A stretch of 64,000 nt of DNA from Felis catus (GCF_018350175.1 NC_058368.1:39620001-39684000); one strand, 5' to 3'; counted from the stretch's first letter, positions 1-11,942 are shown. Notes: a model not told the origin generated them from the sequence alone. Numbers and translations are program-made.

Positions 1-1230
1 GGAAAATGTGGAAATTTAGTCAGGATACTAAAATAAACAATTCCTATTATACCAACGGGGGTCGGGGCGGGGGGACAAGCCATGTTTCCGTAACTCAATT
101 TTTAAGTTAAAGAAAAAGCTACGGATTTGGGGTATCATGGGAAGTGTGGAGAAAGATTAGAAAGTTGAGGAAATACCCTGAAGAAGTAAAAAGCAGGACA
201 GAGATGGGTCAAGGTAGGCTTATTTTTTTGTTGTTTGTTTTCTCTCCTAAGCTGTTAAAAGCCTCTAAACTTATATGTTTAATATAGACCTACATTTCCC
301 CTAAAGCCTTGGAGCATGATTTTATTCTGCCATAGTTTGTTTGGAGAAAAAGTGATTTGAAATAATGAGCTCTTTTACATGTGACAGTATTCTATGGATA
401 ATTAAAGTTTGTACTATTCGATTTTTAAGTAAGCAAAGAAAACTGCTGTGAGCTGCTGTAATTAACAATTTCACATAATGGTGCTTTCACAGATACAGTT
501 TGGATTCTACTTTTAGAATATCCAGGAAGGTGGATATGTTATGTTTATATAGAAAATGGCAGACCATTACTTGAAGAAATGGAAGAATATGACAAATGAA
601 GAATTAAAGAACCTCATTTTCGAGCTCCTAATGTTTCCTTGAAGATTATGCCTAAAGTAAAAAAGCAATATTAGTTTTTCACCTCATTTCACTGATGCAG
701 TGGTAATTCACAAAAGTGCTTCTATGAATTGTGAAAGTATGTCCAGGTGTATGAATTTGAAGGCATCCAAGCATTCGGATTTTGCCTCAAACTGCATTTT
801 TTGTTTATGTCAGAAAACCTTTGAGACACAAGTGGTTAAATGAAGAATAATTAGAAGCAAGGTGAGATTGAATAAGCATAATAGAAGTACAGAATGATGC
901 CTCAACACTTTCTGGGAATGAATATTTATTATGTTCTTTTACTGCTTGTACAAACATGTATTTCCTTGTACGTGTGGTTAGCTCTAGTATTTGAAGTAAG
1001 TTTTTAAAAGCTTTAATGTCAATACCTAACTTCCATTTAAAATATATCTTTATTTAAATGATTCATTCCATTGTAGACATTATAACCTTTTACTATAGAC
1101 CCCGGGCTCTTCTACAACATTTAGTTAATTTTTTTTTGTTTTTCTAGAATGCTGAATAGTTCACCAATTTAAATGAGAAATATCAAATTTTAATCTTGGT
1201 TTCCCTAAACTTGCAATATCACAGTTATTC

Positions 1231-1462
1231 TTTTTTAAGTTTATTTATTTATTTATTTTCAGAGAGAGAGGAGAGTGAGAGAGTGTGTGGGGCAAAGCAT
1301 AGAGAGAAAGAGAGAGAGAATCCCAAGCAGGCTCCTCACCATCATCAGGGAGCCTGGCCACTGTAGGGGGGGGGAAGGGAGGGGACCAAATCCATAAACA
1401 GTGAGATCATGACCAGAGCCAAAATCAGGAGTCAGAGGTTAACTGAGCCACCCAGATGCCCC
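1231..1462 (-). mobile_element. Can-SINE (older SINEC type)
   Basis: T-rich tail, (AG)n tract, reverse-complemented head CTGAGCCACCCAGATGCCCC; TSD CACAGTTA(T/A)TCTT. Confidence 0.9.
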
Positions 1463-1812
1463 CACAGTTAATCTTAAGATAACAACACAATGAAAAAGTA
1501 TAAAAAAATATTAAAATGGCACTATTTGAATTTAAATTCCATCTTTATAGCATAAAAGGAAAGTAATGGTTCTCATATCTTGATAATATATTTGATGATC
1601 CTCAAAGTTTTCTAAAATACAAAAATAACCCTTCCTACCTTCTTTGTTTACTTCTTTAACCTATTACCATTATTCTTACTTTGTGACTTTATTTATTCTG
1701 AAACCTTAGTCATCACACAAAGGGAAATATTTTTTTCAAACCTGTATTGCATTAATATACTTTGAATTCCATTGTCTGTTGTGGGTAGCCTCTGTACATA
1801 TATATGCCTTTA

Positions 1813-2035
1813 TATTTACTTTATTTATTTTTGAGAGAGAGAGAGAGACAAAGATACAAGGTGTGAGCAGGGAAGGGGGGCAGAGAGAGAGAGGGAGACA
1901 CAGAATCGGAAGCAGGTTCCAGGCTCTGAGCTGTCAGCACAGAGCCCAACGTGGGGCTCGAACTCACAAACCAGGAGATCATGCCCTGAGCTGAAGTCGG
2001 ACGCTCAACTGACTAAACCACCATATAGTCGCCCC
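1813..2035 (-). mobile_element. Can-SINE (SINEC_Fc type)
   Basis: TTTATTTATTTTTGAGAGAG...CAGAATCGGAAGCAGGTTCCAGGCTCTGAGC body; TSD TATATATGCCTTTA. Confidence 0.93.
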
Positions 2036-2389
2036 TATATATGCCTTTATCTTAATGGAAGTTTGTTTTAATAGCTTTATGATTAGATTTTCTAAATATT
2101 TACCTATTTATTTTTTTCTCAAAGTTTTTGCATTAATATCTATGGGTTACTGTCTTTTCCAATTAATTTGCTTTTTTGCCTTTGCTGTTCCTCCTTGTAT
2201 AATATTGTCATTATCCTTTCCTTTGAGTTATAGTAAGTCTTTAATTTATTCATTTTATTTCTAAATGAAATAATTGAAATATTGACTTCATAAATGTGCA
2301 CAGTTCTGTGTACATTCTCTATATTCTCCACATGTTATATGACACAGAGAGTTTTCTTTTTAAAAAAAACTGGTCAGGTTGTACTTTAA

Positions 2390-3175
2390 TTTTTTGTGGA
2401 ATTTTCAAACAGATTCTAAAGAATTAGAAGAGCCAAGTTAATTTAAAATTTGAGACCATACATTACCATATATCAAGGCTTTCTATAATGCTATGAAAAT
2501 TAAGTGTAATATTAGACAAAATAATAGACAATAATGGAGGAGGAAGTCCAGAAACAGACTCACCCCTATATGCTTATATGAAATATGAAAAGAAAAGAGA
2601 AAGCATCACTTATTTTTTCATAAGTGGTACTGAAGAAATTTAATATTCATATTAGACAAAAGGTAAACTTTGAACATTAGCTCATACCATAAAAAATTTC
2701 AGGTATATCATAAACTTAAATATGGAAGCTAACATATAAAGCTTCTAGAGGAAAACATAGGAAAATATCTTCACATCTTTGGGGTAAAGAGATTTATTAA
2801 ATAGTACACAGAAAAGATTAAACCTTAAAGAAAATATTGGAATATTTGGATATAATTAAAATTAAAAGTTGTTTCATCAAAATAACCTTGAAGAGAATTA
2901 AAAGATGGGGTGCCTGGGTGGCTCAGTCGGTTAAGTGTCCAACTCTTGATTTTGGCTCAGTCCTTGATCTCACAGTTCATGGGATAGAGCCCCATGCTGG
3001 GTTCTGAGCTGACAGCACAGAGCCTATTGAGATTCTCTTTCTCCCTCTCTCTCTGCCCCTCCCCTGCTCACATACTCTCTCTCTCAAAAGAAATATACTT
3101 TAAAAAGAGGGTGAGAGAATTAAAAGACAAGCCACAACTGAGAGGTGATATTTGCAATACACATATCTGACAAAA
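2390..3175 (+). mobile_element. Old L1M ORF2 3' fragment, interrupted by a SINE
   Basis: L1-like motifs GTCCAGAAACAGACTCAC, AAAGCTTCTAGAGGAAAACATAGGAAAATATCTTCA, AAAAGACAAGCCACA...ATATTTGCAATACACATATCTGACAAA. Confidence 0.75.
2907..3113 (+). mobile_element. Can-SINE
   Basis: GGGGTGCCTGGGTGGCTCAGTCGGTTAAG head, (CT)n tract; TSD AGAGAATTAAAAGA. Confidence 0.93.
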
Positions 3176-4116
3176 TGTGGGTAGGCATAACCTCAAAATA
3201 AGACAAAGACATATAACCTTCTGAATATATATGTTAGAAGGATATCTCCCCAAATTTAAATAATTTAAAGTGCAGTGAGATATTTTAAAAATATGCTTCA
3301 ACTTAATATTAATAAATAAATATCAGGGAAAAATACGGAATACTTGTTTTCTTTATTATTTAGGCTCTCTATAAGTTTTAGTTAACATTACTTAAGGTAA
3401 ACAGAGAGTATTTACAAAAGAGTGCATTATGTTTAATCTGGAAGCCTCAATGAACATTAATAAATAGCGGCTAACATAATTACAATGTAAATAGATGACT
3501 CAAAGATAGAAAACATATATATATATATATATCGGAATTCACAAATACCTATAAAACATAAACACATTTGCATATATTCTAAGAAGGATGCAATAAGAAG
3601 AAGAAAAGTAAAACTATTACAGGAGTATTGCAGCTACTGGCTCATTGTGTTAATGAATAAAATAATTATAATTTAAGATTGGAAAATACTTGTGTTGTTA
3701 AACCTAACTTGAAGGAAAAGTCAGTAATAAAATGCAATGAATAGAAGAGATAACAAAGAAAGATGACAGGTCCATTTCAAAGATAAGTCACTTTTGCTTA
3801 AATGACAAATGAAAATGAGCTAACATTATTAGCTTTTCACTGATTTCACTGAAATTGTAATTTCCTTTTTCATGAAAATGTTATATTCCTTTTTCTCACT
3901 TTGTTTTATTGGTTCTTTATGGAGGTGTATATATGTATTTGCTGTATATTATACCCATACTGATATTTTATGTATAAATTTAAAACATTTAGTTTTGTTA
4001 TAATCTTAGAAATTAAATTGTTTACTCTTATAACTGCAAACAGTTGTAGATGAAGGAGGAAACTTCCTTATTATTATGTGTTTATTAGCTATTAGATATT
4101 GTGTAACAGGGGGGAA

Positions 4117-4324
4117 TTTTTTTAATATTTATTTATTTTTGAGAGAGAGGCCGACAAAGTGAGCAGGAGAGGGGAAGACAGAGAGGGAGACACAGAATCT
4201 AAAGCAGGCTCCAGGCTCTGAGGTGTCAGCACAGAGCCTGACACAGGACTCACACCCACCAACCCAGAGATCCTGACCTGAGCGCAAATCGTACACTTAA
4301 CCAATGGAGCCACCCAGGCTTCCC
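4117..4324 (-). mobile_element. Can-SINE (SINEC_Fc type)
   Basis: Reverse-complemented SINE body and head. Confidence 0.92.
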
Positions 4325-4629
4325 AGCAGGAGGGGGTTAATAAGATTGAGAGACTGAGAAGCTTTGCAGACCTTTTCGATGGTTAATAAATATAAAGGGA
4401 GAAAGAAAGGAGATAAGCAAGTGCTAAGGAGAAGAGGCCAACGTAAAATTCCCCAGCTTTTGGTTGGAACCCAGAAGGTCTATAATGTACAAGTAAACAC
4501 AAATCAGAAATAGCCTTCACAGGAACAAAGATTTCACTTTGAATCATCTCAATCTCTGTTTGATTCCTGTGATCTGTGAAGGCCATGTGATTGAGAAAAG
4601 CTAAAGTAGTCTTTAACTTTAAAGGTACA

Positions 4630-4850
4630 GGGGCGCCTGGGTGGCGCAGTCGGTTAAGCGTCCGACTTCAGCCAGGTCACAATCTCGCGGTCCATGAGTT
4701 CGAGCCCCGCGTCAGGCTCTGGGCTGATGGCTCAGAGCCTGGAGCCTGTTTCCGATTCTGTGTCTCCCTCTCTCTCTGCCCCTCCCCCGTTCATGCTCTG
4801 TCTCTCTCTGTCCCAAAAATAAATAAACGTTGAAAAAAAATTAAAAAAAA
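4630..4850 (+). mobile_element. Young felid SINE (SINEC_Fc, GGCGCAGTC/CAGCCAGG variant)
   Basis: CpG-rich head GGGGCGCCTGGGTGGCGCAGTCGGTTAAGCGTCCG, A tail; TSD AAAGGTACA. Confidence 0.96.
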
Positions 4851-5023
4851 AAAGGTACAATGTTTACCATTCCATCATGTATATTTAGACATGCAAGGAA
4901 GACAAATGCAACCAAAATCATCAAAAACAAAGCAAAATGTAAAGATAGATGAACAGTTGTACAAAGCATTTATATTTTTTTCAGATGTGAAAATTAAAAC
5001 AGATATGAATAAAATTCAAAGGA

Positions 5024-5210
5024 GGGGCACCTGGGTGACTCAGTAGGTTACGCATCCAACTCTTGCTTTTGGCTCAGGTCAGGATCTCACCATTTGTGAG
5101 CTCCGTACTGACAGCATGGAGCCTTCTTGGGATTCTCTCTCCCTCTCTTTGCCTCTACCCTGCTTATGCCCTCTCCCTCTTTCTCAAAATAAATAAACAT
5201 TAAAAAAAAA
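5024..5210 (+). mobile_element. Can-SINE with short internal deletion
   Basis: GGGGCACCTGGGTGACTCAG head, TTGGGATTCTCTCT, AAATAAATAAACATTAAAA tail. Confidence 0.9.
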
Positions 5211-5295
5211 GTTAGCATTGGTAAAGTCTTACTAATTCTACCTGAGATTCACTCTTTTACCAATCACGTTTTCTTCTTTTCACATATGCTTCTTA

Positions 5296-5640
5296 ACCTC
5301 CCCCATGGTCCTCCGCCAAGTTTCCAGGATCTACATAAGAGTGAAAACATATGGCATCTGTTTTTCTCTGTATGACTTATTTCGCTTAGCATAACACTCT
5401 CCAGTTCCACCATGGGGGAGGGGAAGGAAAAAAAAAGTTAGAGAAGGAGGGAGGCAAACATAAGAGACTCTCAAAAACTGAGAATAAACTGAGGGCTGAC
5501 TGGGGGTGGGAGGGAGGGGAAAGTGGGTGGGCATTGAGGAGGGCACCTGTTGGGATGAGCACTGGGTGTTGTATGGAAACCAATTTGACCATAAATTCCA
5601 TATTTAAAAAAAAACAAAACAAAAAAATTAAAAAAAAACC
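5296..5640 (+). mobile_element. 5'-truncated felid L1 3' end with 5' inversion
   Basis: 5296-5409 antisense L1, 5410-5640 sense L1 3' UTR plus A tail; TSD CATATGCTTCTTA at 5283-5295 and 5641-5653. Confidence 0.9.
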
Positions 5641-6170
5641 CATATGCTTCTTAGAATCCACACAACTATTTCCCATTTTAATCCATTTTACCTTTTAGTT
5701 TAACTCTAGACTTTCCTTTTTATTTGAAAAGGGCTTCCTTGGGGAAAATAATTTTTAAATACTGTAAAATTTACAAAATTCACTAGAAGCATTTTAAAAT
5801 GACGGGATATTTTATTTGCATGCTATACAGAGTGATGAAGATCTCTTAAAAATAAAATACAATAATTTGCATAAGTTCTCAATATTAGTAAAATAAGCAG
5901 CTTTTGCATTTTTTTTCCTAGTTTTCATACACTTAATTATTTTTAAATTATTAACATATGTTTTGAAATGGATAACACTCAGCATTTGATATCTATGGAC
6001 TCAATCATTTTAGCACAGGCAACGCAAGAGAAGGTTCTTTTTTATGTCTACACTGCAGACCTTTTCTGTCTGTGACACACTCTGAGTCAGCCCCCACTGC
6101 TGTACTCACCACACCACATTTTAAATGACTGTTTCCATGTATAGCTTTCTTCAGTTCATTTAGTGTGGTG

Positions 6171-6265
6171 CACACGAGTGCTCTCTCTCTCTCTCTCTCT
6201 CAAAGTAAATAAACATTAAAAAAAAGATATGTAACATTATACAATTATTAAGCAAAAATAAATAA
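6171..6265 (+). repeat. SINE tail plus 3' flank, copy 1 of a local duplication
   Basis: (CT)nCAAAGTAAATAAACATT...GATATGTAACATTATACAATTATTAAGCAAAAATAAATA recurs at ~6661-6751. Confidence 0.85.
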
Positions 6266-6417
6266 AAATTCGTTTTCCCTTTAAGTGAAAGGATTTACCA
6301 AGAACATTGATAGGAAAACTGCTTTTTAATTTTTTCCCAAGTCAATCTTCATAATTTATACATTTAAAAAGTAATTTCCGATAGAAATTGAATTGATAAT
6401 CTTAAAAGGTATGTGGA

Positions 6418-6637
6418 GGGTTGCCTGGGTTGCTGGACTCAGTTGAGCATCCGACTTTGGCTAGGGTCACGATCTCAGAGTTTGTGCATTCAAGTCCTCC
6501 ATCAGGCTCTATACTGATGGCTCAGAGCCTGGAGCCCGCTTCAGATTAAGCGTCCCTTTCTCTCTCTTCCCCTCTCCCACTCATGCTCTGTGTCTCTCTC
6601 AAAACTAAACAAAACCACTAAAAAAAATTTTCAAAAC
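6418..6637 (+). mobile_element. Can-SINE (SINEC_Fc type)
   Basis: Diverged head, GGCTCAGAGCCTGGAGCC body; TSD AAGGTATGTGGAG at 6406-6418 and 6638-6650. Confidence 0.92.
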
Positions 6638-6650
6638 AAGGTATGTGGAG

Positions 6651-6751
6651 AGTCACCTGGTACATGTGAGTGTTCTCTCTCTCTCAAAGTAAATAAACAT
6701 TTTTTTAAAAAAGATATGTAGCATTATACAATTATTGAGCAAAAATAAATA
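6651..6751 (+). repeat. SINE head remnant, tail and 3' flank, copy 2 of the local duplication
   Basis: AGTCACCTGG followed by the same tail and flank as 6171-6265. Confidence 0.8.
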
Positions 6752-7109
6752 TTAAAAGTTTATTGGCCCAATCTGGAACAGGGGCCCAAAAAAACATACC
6801 AGGGACATAAACCCAGTCCAGCCTGAACTGCTAGTGACCAGGAGCTGGGTGTGTTCATCTCGGCATCCCCAGCTCCCAGCATGCACTGTGCACCCTTCAG
6901 GGACTAAAGGGAACATGCAGTGAACTGTACATCTAAAGTCAGAGGACACTGGGTGTGAATCTTGGTTTCGCCTCTTTCTCAATGGTGGTCTCTGAGAAGC
7001 CCTCAAACCCCTGGAGCTTCAGGCGACTCATCTTTTATTTTAATATTTTACATTTGTAATATTTACATTGAACCTTATTTTTTGGCATGTGAGAAGCTGT
7101 ACTTACTTA

Positions 7110-7210
7110 TGGAAAAACTTGCGACTCTTGGTGGTGGTGATAGTTTCACGGGTGTATACTGACTCCCAAACTCATTCAGTTGTATAGGTTAAATAGAGAC
7201 AGTTTTTTAG
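7110..7210 (+). mobile_element. L1MD/MC-like 3' UTR fragment
   Basis: GGTGATAGTTTCACGGGTGTATAC...CAAACTCATTCAGTTGTATA. Confidence 0.6.
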
Positions 7211-7229
7211 GCATCACATTAAACATTTT

Positions 7230-7432
7230 TGTTACATTTTTATGTTCTCAGGAAAAGACTGGTTATTTTGTAGCCATGATTACAAATAACCACCAGATTC
7301 CATTTTAAACCTATTTATTTAATTGGTGACCAGCCTCAGTGTGATCATTGGGTGCTTTGACCAGATAACACACTTCTAATGTTTATTTTTGAGAGAGAGA
7401 GAGACAGAGACAGAGAGTGAGTGGGGGAGGGG

Positions 7433-7470
<38 letters not shown>

Positions 7471-8410
7471 CCAGAAGCAGGCTCCAGGCTCTGAGCTGTC
7501 AGCATAGAGCCCGACTCAGGGCTAGAACTCAGGAACCATGAGATAATGACCTGAGCCGAAGTCAGAAGTTCAACTGAGGGCACTCCCCACCCCCAACCCC
7601 ACCCCCTGATAACACACTTCTAAAAGTGACAGCACCATACTTTTGAAAGTGAGTCATTTTGTTACAACTTCACTGTGGTGAATACACTGCCAACCAATCA
7701 ACAGTCTCATCTGAATAACCACACCTCCATAGCTGACATTAACCAACACTCCCCTTTGAAAGGCCACCAATCCCTAAACTTGCTTCTCTAAACCCTATGT
7801 TATATTACATCCCCATTTTGCAAAGAGAGACTTCATTGACAAAGAAGTAGAACTCTCTTCTGCTTGAGTAGGTAGTGCATTTAGGCTTTGTTTTCCTATA
7901 TTGCTACTGCCTCCTACTCTTTCACCTTTCAATGATATGACTGATGATTTTTTAAGTACAGTTAAGATTTCTCCACTTTTTGGTATACACATTTCAATAA
8001 AAATTTGTAGGACAAATGATACCCCCTTAAGTTTCTGGGAATTTTCCAGGAATACTTAAGGACTCAAGGTAAGGAACACCTTAGTGCAGTCCAAAATTAC
8101 TAGGAAGCTTCTGATAACAAAAAGTGAAGTTAGATATGACATTGGTTTGATATATTATGTCACTGTATTTTCTGTTAAAGATAATTTCTCACAGAGCAAG
8201 TTTGTTAAGAGCTGGAAATAGTAACAGAAGTTATACAACAACAGCATTGATGAAACACAATAATGTTAGCCTTCCTTATAAAGGGTCAGTTTCATTGGTC
8301 TCAGGGTTTGGGTGGATGTGTCCACCATCATAAGTAGACCCTAAATATCCTAAGTAAGTCTATGATAAATTATTATACACCAAGGTTTGCTGTGTGTCAT
8401 TTCTTACTGG
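7230..8410. mobile_element. Possible decayed ERV internal sequence, interrupted by a SINE
   Basis: General resemblance to non-autonomous ERV1 internal DNA only; no gag/pol/env motif recognised. Confidence 0.25.
7380..7607 (-). mobile_element. Can-SINE with atypical G-tract 5' end
   Basis: SINE body; perfect 16-bp TSD GATAACACACTTCTAA at 7364-7379 and 7608-7623. Confidence 0.93.
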
Positions 8411-8419
8411 AGGTTGTCA

Positions 8420-8742
8420 AAATCATTCCAGTTGTCCAAACTGGAAAACCATAAGCAGATTTGACAATCCCTCACCTCTTTCCCTCACAAATCAAATCCT
8501 AGTAACCTATCTTTTGTAAGTGTAATTTATAAATGTCTCCCAAGTCTATTCATTTATTTTGAATCACATTGCCACCATGCACAACTGAATTCACCATCAT
8601 TTTATGCCTTGGTATAGCCACAATTTTCCTGTTTTCCATCTTCTCTTTAGTATACAAATATTCCTAAAAAAATAATTACTTATATTGTAGTCAGTGTTTT
8701 ATTGAAACAGACACGTCATTCTCCTGTCCAAAACCCACAGGT
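8420..8742 (+). mobile_element. L2 fragment
   Basis: CATTCCAGTTGTCCAAACTGGAAAACC...TGCCACCA...CACCATCAT...GTCATTCTCCTGTCCAAAACCC collinear with recalled L2 consensus. Confidence 0.65.
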
Positions 8743-8743
8743 T

Positions 8744-8939
8744 GGGAGTGCCTAAGTGGCTCAGTCAGTTAAGCGTCTGAGTCTTGATTTCGGCTCAGGT
8801 TGTGATTTCATGGTTCTGTGAGATCGAGCCCCACATCAGGCTCTGTGCTAACAGTGTGAAGCCTGCTTGGGATTCTCTCTCTCCCCCCCCACCCCAGTTC
8901 ACGTGCTCTTTCTCTCAAAATAAATAAACATTAAAAAAA
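8744..8939 (+). mobile_element. Can-SINE
   Basis: GGGAGTGCCTAAGTGGCTCAGTCAGTTAAG head, GCCTGCTTGGGATTCTCT, A tail. Confidence 0.92.
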
Positions 8940-8998
8940 TATTTATTTTATCCATCGGATAAAGTAAAATACATTTAATACCATATGAAAGCATAATG

Positions 8999-9374
8999 TG
9001 GGGTTGCCAGAGGCTGGGGGAGGGGATGGACAAAAGGAGTGAAGGGGCTAAAAGTACAGTCTTCTAGTTATATATGTCATGGGGGTGCAATGTGCAGCAT
9101 GTGTAGTTAGTAATACTATAACCACTATATAAATAGTATGATATAATCATACTATAGTTAATAATACTATATTGCATATTTGAGAGTAACTAAGAGAATA
9201 GTTTCTAAAAGTTCTCCTTTATGAGAAAAAATAAATGTATATGTACAGTGACAGATGTTAACTGGACTTATTGTGGTGATCATTTTGCAACATATACAAA
9301 TATGGAATCATTACATAGCATACCTGAAACGAATATAATACCACAGGTCAATTATATCTCAATAAAACAATATT
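8999..9374 (+). mobile_element. L1MA9-like/carnivore L1 3' end
   Basis: GGTTGCCAGAGG...GATGTTAACTGGACTTATTGTGGTGATCATTTTGCA...GTCAATTATATCTCAATAAAA; TSD AAAGCAT(A/G)ATG. Confidence 0.85.
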
Positions 9375-9640
9375 AAAGCATGATGCTATGTAACTCCCCC
9401 TTTTTATATGAATCAAGATCCTTTGAACATAGTTACTTTGTTTAATTCCTTCCTACTATATGCCATCTTCATCATGTGCTTTAATACTGCACCTGCTTTA
9501 AACACACAATAAGTTCTCATTACTGGTTTATTCATTCAATAGCCATTTAGATTGTGAAAGCATTTATGTTATTCTTTTTTTCCTTGTTATATCACAGAAC
9601 TTTATTTTATACCTTATATCTGAAAAATACTGTGGGTTTG

Positions 9641-10031
9641 TGTATTAGTCTGCTAGGGCTACCATTACAAAGTACCACAAACTAAGTGACTTCAACAATA
9701 GAAATTTATTTCTCACAGTTCTGAAGACCAGAAGTTCAAGATCAAAGTGTTAGCAGATCTGGTTTATCCTAGGACCTCTTTCTTTGGCTTTCAGATGATT
9801 ACCTTTCCTTCTGTGTCCTTATTTGACCTTTCTTCTATGCATGTAAACCCCTGGTGCCCCTCCCTATTCTTATGGGGATACCATGTATATTGGAATAGGG
9901 TCCAACTCTTGTGCCTCATCTAATTTTAGTTATCTCTTTAAAGGCCCTATCTCAAAATTCAGTCTGATTCTAGGGTACTAGTCATGTTTCCAACATATAA
10001 AGTTGAGGGAGATAAAATTCAGTCCATAAGA
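9641..10031 (-). mobile_element. MaLR solo LTR (MLT1B-like)
   Basis: TGTATTAGTCTGCTAGGGCT...AGAAATTTATTTCTCACAGTTCTG...AAGGCCCTATCTC...AATTCAGTCCATAA. Confidence 0.85.
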
Positions 10032-10049
10032 GGGAAAAATTCTATCAAT

Positions 10050-10203
10050 TTTTATTTACCTGAAAATATCTTTGTTTCTGGGCACTTGGGTGGCTCAGTC
10101 CGTTAAGCGTCCAACTTCAGCTCAGGTCATGATCTTGTGGTTCACAGATTCGAGCCCTGCTTCAGGCTCTGTGCTGACAGCCCAGAGCCTGGAGCCTGCT
10201 TCA

Positions 10204-10256
<53 letters not shown>

Positions 10257-11330
10257 CAGTATATAAAAACATTAAAAATAAAGAAAATATCTTTGTTTCA
10301 GTTTTATTATTGAAGGAAATTTTCCTCCACTGATGAATTCTAGGTTGCCATTCATTTTTATTCTGCTATTCCAGGGTATATGACTCTGTTTTCTGTCTTC
10401 CTTTCTATTTCTGTTTGTTTAGTTTTTATTTTTCTTTTGAGAAGTTGGTGGTAGGTGTCGCTGTTGCTTACTTCAAGATAATGCCTTTTGCTTTATTATC
10501 CTCTGTTTTCCATACGGTGAGGAAACCTGTAGTTTCCCTTGCATTTATCTTGAATGGGGTTCACCAAACTTCTCGAACACAAGTCTTAACACCTTTTCAT
10601 CAACTTGGCAGAATTTTACTATATATCTCTTCACACATGTCATCCGTTCCATTCCGGTTCTCTTTTTACTCTTAGAGTTCAGTTTCACGTGTATCATACC
10701 TTTAATCTATCCTTCTCCATCTCATATTTTTCAATATTTTTGTACCTCAGTGCATCGTTCTCTGTATATGTAAGTCTGGGAATCTTCCAATTCACTAATC
10801 CTTTCTTTGACTATGTATACCATGCTGTTAAACATGTTCATTATATTTCGTTAAATGTCATTTATGGCTTTTTGATTTCTGGAAATTTTATTTGGCTTTA
10901 TTTTGATTTGGTAACTTTAAAAGCCACCATTTTACCATTTAATATTTATTTGTTCTGTTTATATTTTCCCCCAAATTGTTCTCTTTTTATGTCTTCTTTT
11001 GAGTTAATGGAGTGGGTTTTTTTTTGTTTTTTTGTTTTTTTGCTTGTTTGATTGTATATTATTTTGAGATGCCATTTCATCTCTGTTTTGGTTTTTTAAG
11101 TTATCCTTTCCAGGGGAGGGAAGGTTGAAAGGAATGAGCTTTAGAGTATACATAGAATACCTTCAAGTGGTATTTCACCCCACATGCAGTATTAGAACTC
11201 TACAATGGTATAGCTCTGTTCCCCATCTCCCAGCCTTTATGCTGCCTTTGCCATAAATTTATTTGTACAAATGTTGTAAACCTCATAATACATTATTATT
11301 GCTGCCTAAAACAGTCAATTACTTTGTAGA
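10050..11330 (-). mobile_element. Old L1M 5'/ORF1-region fragments
   Basis: T-rich; AAAATATCTTTGTTTCAGTTTT...GAATTCTAGGTTG...TGAGAAGT...TTCAAGAT motifs. Confidence 0.55.
10079..10282 (+). mobile_element. Can-SINE (SINEC_Fc type) with expanded (CT)n
   Basis: Typical head and body; 17-bp TSD GAAAATATCTTTGTTTC. Confidence 0.94.
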
Positions 11331-11583
11331 CATACTTTTAAAGTACTTTATAGTCCTAGATATGGCAATTTTAATTTGGAATCAAAAAAATTTTTTAATA
11401 AAGGTAAAATAACACTTTTCACGAATAGCATAAGATCTAAGTATTATAATCACTATAATTTTACCTGTTTATTGTATGTTTATTTACACTGTTTATTTAC
11501 ACTGTTTATTGTATGTGATATATTTACATTAAATAACATAGTAATTAATCTTAAAGTGTTACTAAAATTCTACTGGCCATCTA

Positions 11584-11808
11584 GGGGAGCCTGGGTGGTT
11601 CAATCGGTTAAGTGTCCAACTTCAGCTCAGGTCATGATCTTGCAGTTCACATATTTGAGCCCCACGTTGGGCTCTGTGCTGACAGCTCAGAGCCTGAAGC
11701 CTCCTTCAGATTCTGTGTCTCCCTCTCTCTGCCCCTCCCATGTTCCCTTTCTCTCTCTCTCTCTCTGTCTCTCAAAAATAAATAAACACAAAAAAATAAA
11801 AAATAAAA
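11584..11808 (+). mobile_element. Can-SINE (SINEC_Fc type)
   Basis: 20-bp TSD AAAATTCTACTGGCCATCTA. Confidence 0.95.
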
Positions 11809-11942
11809 AAAATTCTACTGGCCATCTAAAAGATTGTCAGTACACTTAAACATTAGGTTTTAATAATTCTGCTATAGGAATAAATACAATTAAATTTAGC
11901 AACAATAGCCTCATTGACTTTATTTTCATAAGTTTCAAACTG

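Noticed and set aside
56..76. GC box GGGGCGGGG as a promoter
   Set aside because: Isolated motif with no CpG island or other support.
481..660. Plus-strand acceptor TTTCACAG and short ORF MADHYLKKW...
   Set aside because: Under 30 codons, weak donor, no recognisable homology.
4591..4833. Recurring GAPGWRSRLSVRLQPGHDLAVREFEPR peptide family (also 42244, 54882)
   Set aside because: It is the translation of a young SINE, not a gene family.
11376..11849. Longest ORF (157 aa)
   Set aside because: AT-rich sequence running into a SINE; no coding features.
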